From positions 12,586,001-12,650,000 of the forward strand of contig CM120645.1 in NCBI GenBank assembly GCA_051362555.1: a stretch of DNA of 64,000 bases. Direction: 5' to 3'. The notes beneath the pieces are model-generated. The model made no database searches. It was not told where the DNA came from and worked only from the letters and a program-made list of their open reading frames with translations. Made by a program: the position numbers and the translations under genes. Shown here one piece after another: positions 60,401-64,000 of the stretch. Every line of letters starts with the position of its first letter. The first letter of the stretch is position 1. This DNA is from Lingula anatina. Taxonomy: Eukaryota > Animalia > Brachiopoda.

Positions 60401-63194
60401 TTATATTATATTATATTATATTATATTATATTATATTATATTATAACATTGTGTAACATTACGTAACATTACATAACATTACATTATTTATCTGGTAATT
60501 CACATATTTTATAGACTGTTGATATTGCTAATATAAACAGAAAGTGATATCTGTATGCTATTTCAGGATAAGCACTGGTTGATAAGGCAGGCCAAGTCAC
60601 CTCTCTCTGATGATGCCATTGCTACCATAGATAATGTTTTTAGGAACAGGTACATGTGGTGCACAGGAGACAAACAAATATGAAAATTTAAAATATCCGT
60701 CATATTGTCAGAGCTTCCATTTCAAATAATGGATAGTTTACATTAGGAGTTGCGACTTATGAAAATTTTAGGTAATTTTTTTTTTTTTTTTTTTTTTTTG
60801 TCAGAATATATTTTTTGTGACAAGTTTAAACTTTTCACCTATAGATGGCGCACCTTGCTGTCAGTGGACGATATGGTTGAGAATGTGATCAATTTGTTAA
60901 CTCAGCGAAAACTGCTGGACAATACCTACGTGTTTTATTCCTCTGACAATGGCTATCATCTCGGTAAGAAATGGAGATTAAATGGGGCAGAATGATAACA
61001 AGGTTGGAGTTTTGTCTGAGCTTGCCAAACTAATGCACAGTTTTATCCAGTTTATTCTAGTTTTATGCAGCTGTCAAGAATTAAGGTATAAAATGTATGA
61101 TAAAGACTTCCTAATTAGTGTGTCTGAATGCAAATGTGTGGATTTTCATACACATACTGTAAGGCCATCCCATTTTGTACATTGAGAAGATAAGTGCAGA
61201 ATTGTTAAACTAAAATATAGCAATAGTTGTAACAGACACTTAAAAAGAAAATTCATAATACAAGAATACATACATGTACTAAAAACTGAAGTATAAAATA
61301 CACATAGCAAAACTGGTTGCAACTCTACATATGCTGTACACTTACATGTAAATCAACTCTTTAATTATTTGTTTGAAGGTCAATTTTCTTTGCCACAAGA
61401 CAAACGGCAGCTGTACGAGTTTGATGTGCGAGTACCCCTGATGGTCAGAGGACCAGGCATCAAGGCTGGTCAGCTCAGAGAGGTCAGTGATATTAACGGT
61501 GACCAGTTTGGCTGCTTGATATTATTTATGATATTGTATTCCTACAGTATGTTGCTTTGCTTCAAAATATGTAGACGTATGTTAAGCCTCGGTCACAACC
61601 GGACGCACGAATTTCAGGATCGTACGTCCCCTGCGATTTTTGGGGGTTGCGGAGGCCGTACGTGGAGGTCATAGAGGTAGAGGAAGGTCTGCCTTGCCGT
61701 ACTTGCTTTCGGGCTGTCTGCGAACTCGAAATTGCGTAAGAAGGTCTTGCGTGGCCGGGACGTGAGATTCTGCGCAAAATTTGGACGCAAACAGCCCATA
61801 AGAACCCGTACGGCCGGTTGTGACCGAGGCTTTACAAACATACAGAGGGAAATGGATTTATTCATTTATTGTAATTATACATCTCAGATTGTCACAAGAA
61901 GTGCAAGATTAATATCTCATTGCAGGAAATCATTCTAAACATCGACTTGGCGCCAACATTTATAGCCTTGTCTGCCCAGACTGCCCCATCACAAATGGAT
62001 GGCATGTCTTTCCACAACCTTCTAGCGCAGAATGCCACAATCCCAGCCTCCAGTTGGCGAGAGAGTTTTGTGATTGAACACCAGGGGGAGTACAAGCAGA
62101 TCAACCCAGGATGCCCCCAATACAATAACATGGACCTGGCTGTAAGTATTTATGTAGGGTTGTTTAATTTGCTTCTGCATTACTGTTTATGATTTTTTTA
62201 TTTGAAGCATTTGGTAGATACAAAAAGTAGATTATTGGTTTCAAATTAAGATTACTTGGTAATACATGGTATCTAAAATTAATAAGTACTGTAATTTTGA
62301 ACAAGACTGGAGCTGTAATTTCACATAGATTGTAAAATTAAGACAGTACTGACGAGTTCAGGATAATAATTGTAATAAGGATATTCCTGCTGTTTTTGTA
62401 TTTAGTCAAAATATTTGATTTTTGTCTCAAAAAAATTATAGAACTTGGAATGATGTAATGTTTGAAAATAACACTTGAATCTACTGTCAGTAGGTGTGAC
62501 GGGAATGGTACAAGTTGTTTGCAGTGAGCTGTATTTTGTTCCCTATATTTTTTGAACAGGTGACTTTGTCCTATATATTGACCCCACACCCGTCCTGGAT
62601 GGGTGTTGGGGTCAATATATAGGACCGTCCCATATACTAACCCCAATACTCCGACTAACCCTAACCTGTACTAATCATATGGTACCCCAGACTAATATTC
62701 CTGTCAGCCCCTCATTTGTTTATTTTATCTGATTATTGTAGAACTGCGACCCCAACTGTGTGTGCGAGGATGCCAAGAACAACACGTATGGCTGCGTAAG
62801 GACGCTCTCAGCAGACACCAACTACATGTACTGTGTGTTTGAGGACACTGAGGTGAGTTGGGAGTCCAAGGTTGTCTAAATATTCTAGTTTAGATTTCAC
62901 TTTCTGTTTTTAATTTACTCCTGTATTTGTTTTCAAGGGTCGATGGTTTTTATTTGTATTTATTTTATTTACTAAAAGTATATTAAGAATGCACTATTAT
63001 AAACAGAAAATGCCTCTTTTCAGAATTTTGCAGAATTTTATGACCTGAATAAAGACCCCGACCAGCTCTCCAATGCCATCCAAACTGTGAGTAAGTCAGT
63101 ACTTATGGACCAGGGAAAGAAGTTAATGGAGCTGTCTGTCTGTCAGGGACCCTCTTGTCGCAAGATAGGACCACCCCATGTACTTGTAAATTGA
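57484..63194 (+). CDS. GNS: N-acetylglucosamine-6-sulfatase paralogue B (GNS-B, 515 aa, 12 exons)
   Basis: Exons 57484-57627, 58262-58321, 58726-58929, 59228-59293, 59678-59776, 60095-60265, 60567-60649, 60845-60963, 61379-61482, 61926-62141, 62742-62852, 63024-63194; exon sizes and phases match GNS-A except the last exon; motifs [34 protein letters not shown]. Confidence 0.95.
58322..58709. mobile_element. Kolobok-like MITE family E filling GNS-B intron 2
   Basis: Colinear with 35253-35632; right end TATGCACCT|TTAA; left end coincides with the splice donor and lacks TTAA. Confidence 0.7.
60322..60445. repeat. (TTATA)n microsatellite in GNS-B intron 6; equivalent array at 23785-23845 in GNS-A
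   Basis: Pentanucleotide array next to a (CT)n tract at the same intron position in both paralogues; unrelated array at 51333-51402. Confidence 0.9.
61585..61831. mobile_element. PIF/Harbinger-like MITE in GNS-B intron 9
   Basis: 18-bp TIR AGCCTCGGTCACAACCGG, TTA TSD on both sides, GC-rich interior; absent from GNS-A. Confidence 0.8.
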
Positions 63195-64000
63195 GGTCAT
63201 GGTGCCCTGGCTTGATTTTTAATTTGATACACGTTTCAATGTGTCTTTGCATTATAGCAAATCACAGAGCTCAAAGCTGGAGAACATCTACTAAGTAAAT
63301 TGAGTCACTATTCAAAACCATACATGCTTTATATTATATTGATTCACTAATGGGATGATATCCATTTCCGTGAATTGTTCTTGATGTGGTATTGATGCTG
63401 TTTTATGCCAAATAATCCAAGGTGCCATCATCTGCCACCATTATGTGGACAAATACACAGGTCATACATACTAGTACATGTACAGTGTATATGCATTTGT
63501 CTGGACAAAATTATACAGACAATTCTTGTATCCAGATTGAGCAAGACATGCAGATTGTTTATGCATTTGGGTTGTCAGAGAAAGTAGCCTTTATCCATTA
63601 TTCTCTACGGATCATGAAGTTCAACATATTTTAGTGACTGAAATTGTTCCATTTTGAAATTTGTGTGTTTACAAAAAAATAATGCTATGGGCTTTGAAAA
63701 ACTTTTTTATGAAGCTGTGCTTAAAAAGTTTGAATATTTTATAATTTCAGTATTATAAATATATTGTTGAAAATATTCATTTCAAAGATTCTCCTTAATA
63801 TTATCAATTATTCTGGAGAATATATTATGTAACCGAAAGCAAAAATTCATTTTATGCCTGGTATACTTTTAAAGGATACAGATACATTTGTACATTATTG
63901 TGTCGAATTAGAATACAAAAACTAAGAGGATTTAATCAGCATTCCATTTGTTATCAAGTAATGTTTATTTTTTAGCAAGTTTACTTTTGCTCAAGCTACA

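Overview
AT-rich, intron-containing animal (invertebrate, probably lophotrochozoan-like; taxon is inference) genomic DNA. I reconstructed spliced genes by hand from GT-AG junctions and reading frames: BRK1/HSPC300 (minus, 3 exons); two 12-exon N-acetylglucosamine-6-sulfatase (GNS) paralogues in divergent, inverted orientation (GNS-A minus 11179-28888, GNS-B plus 57484-63194); and, between them, an unrecognised 211-aa single-pass membrane protein with transmembrane-adaptor-like architecture (plus), a secreted tartrate-resistant/purple acid phosphatase (ACP5-like, minus) and a caveolin cluster with three terminal exons but only two first exons (minus). Non-autonomous DNA transposons are abundant: Kolobok-like (TTAA), EnSpm/CMC-like (2-bp TSD), MULE-like, hAT-like, Harbinger-like MITEs and Helentron/HINE-like elements, including a four-layer nest in GNS-A intron 7 and a HINE inserted into an inverted copy of itself. 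No rRNA, tRNA or CRISPR array was seen. Family assignments rest on motif recall, not database searches.
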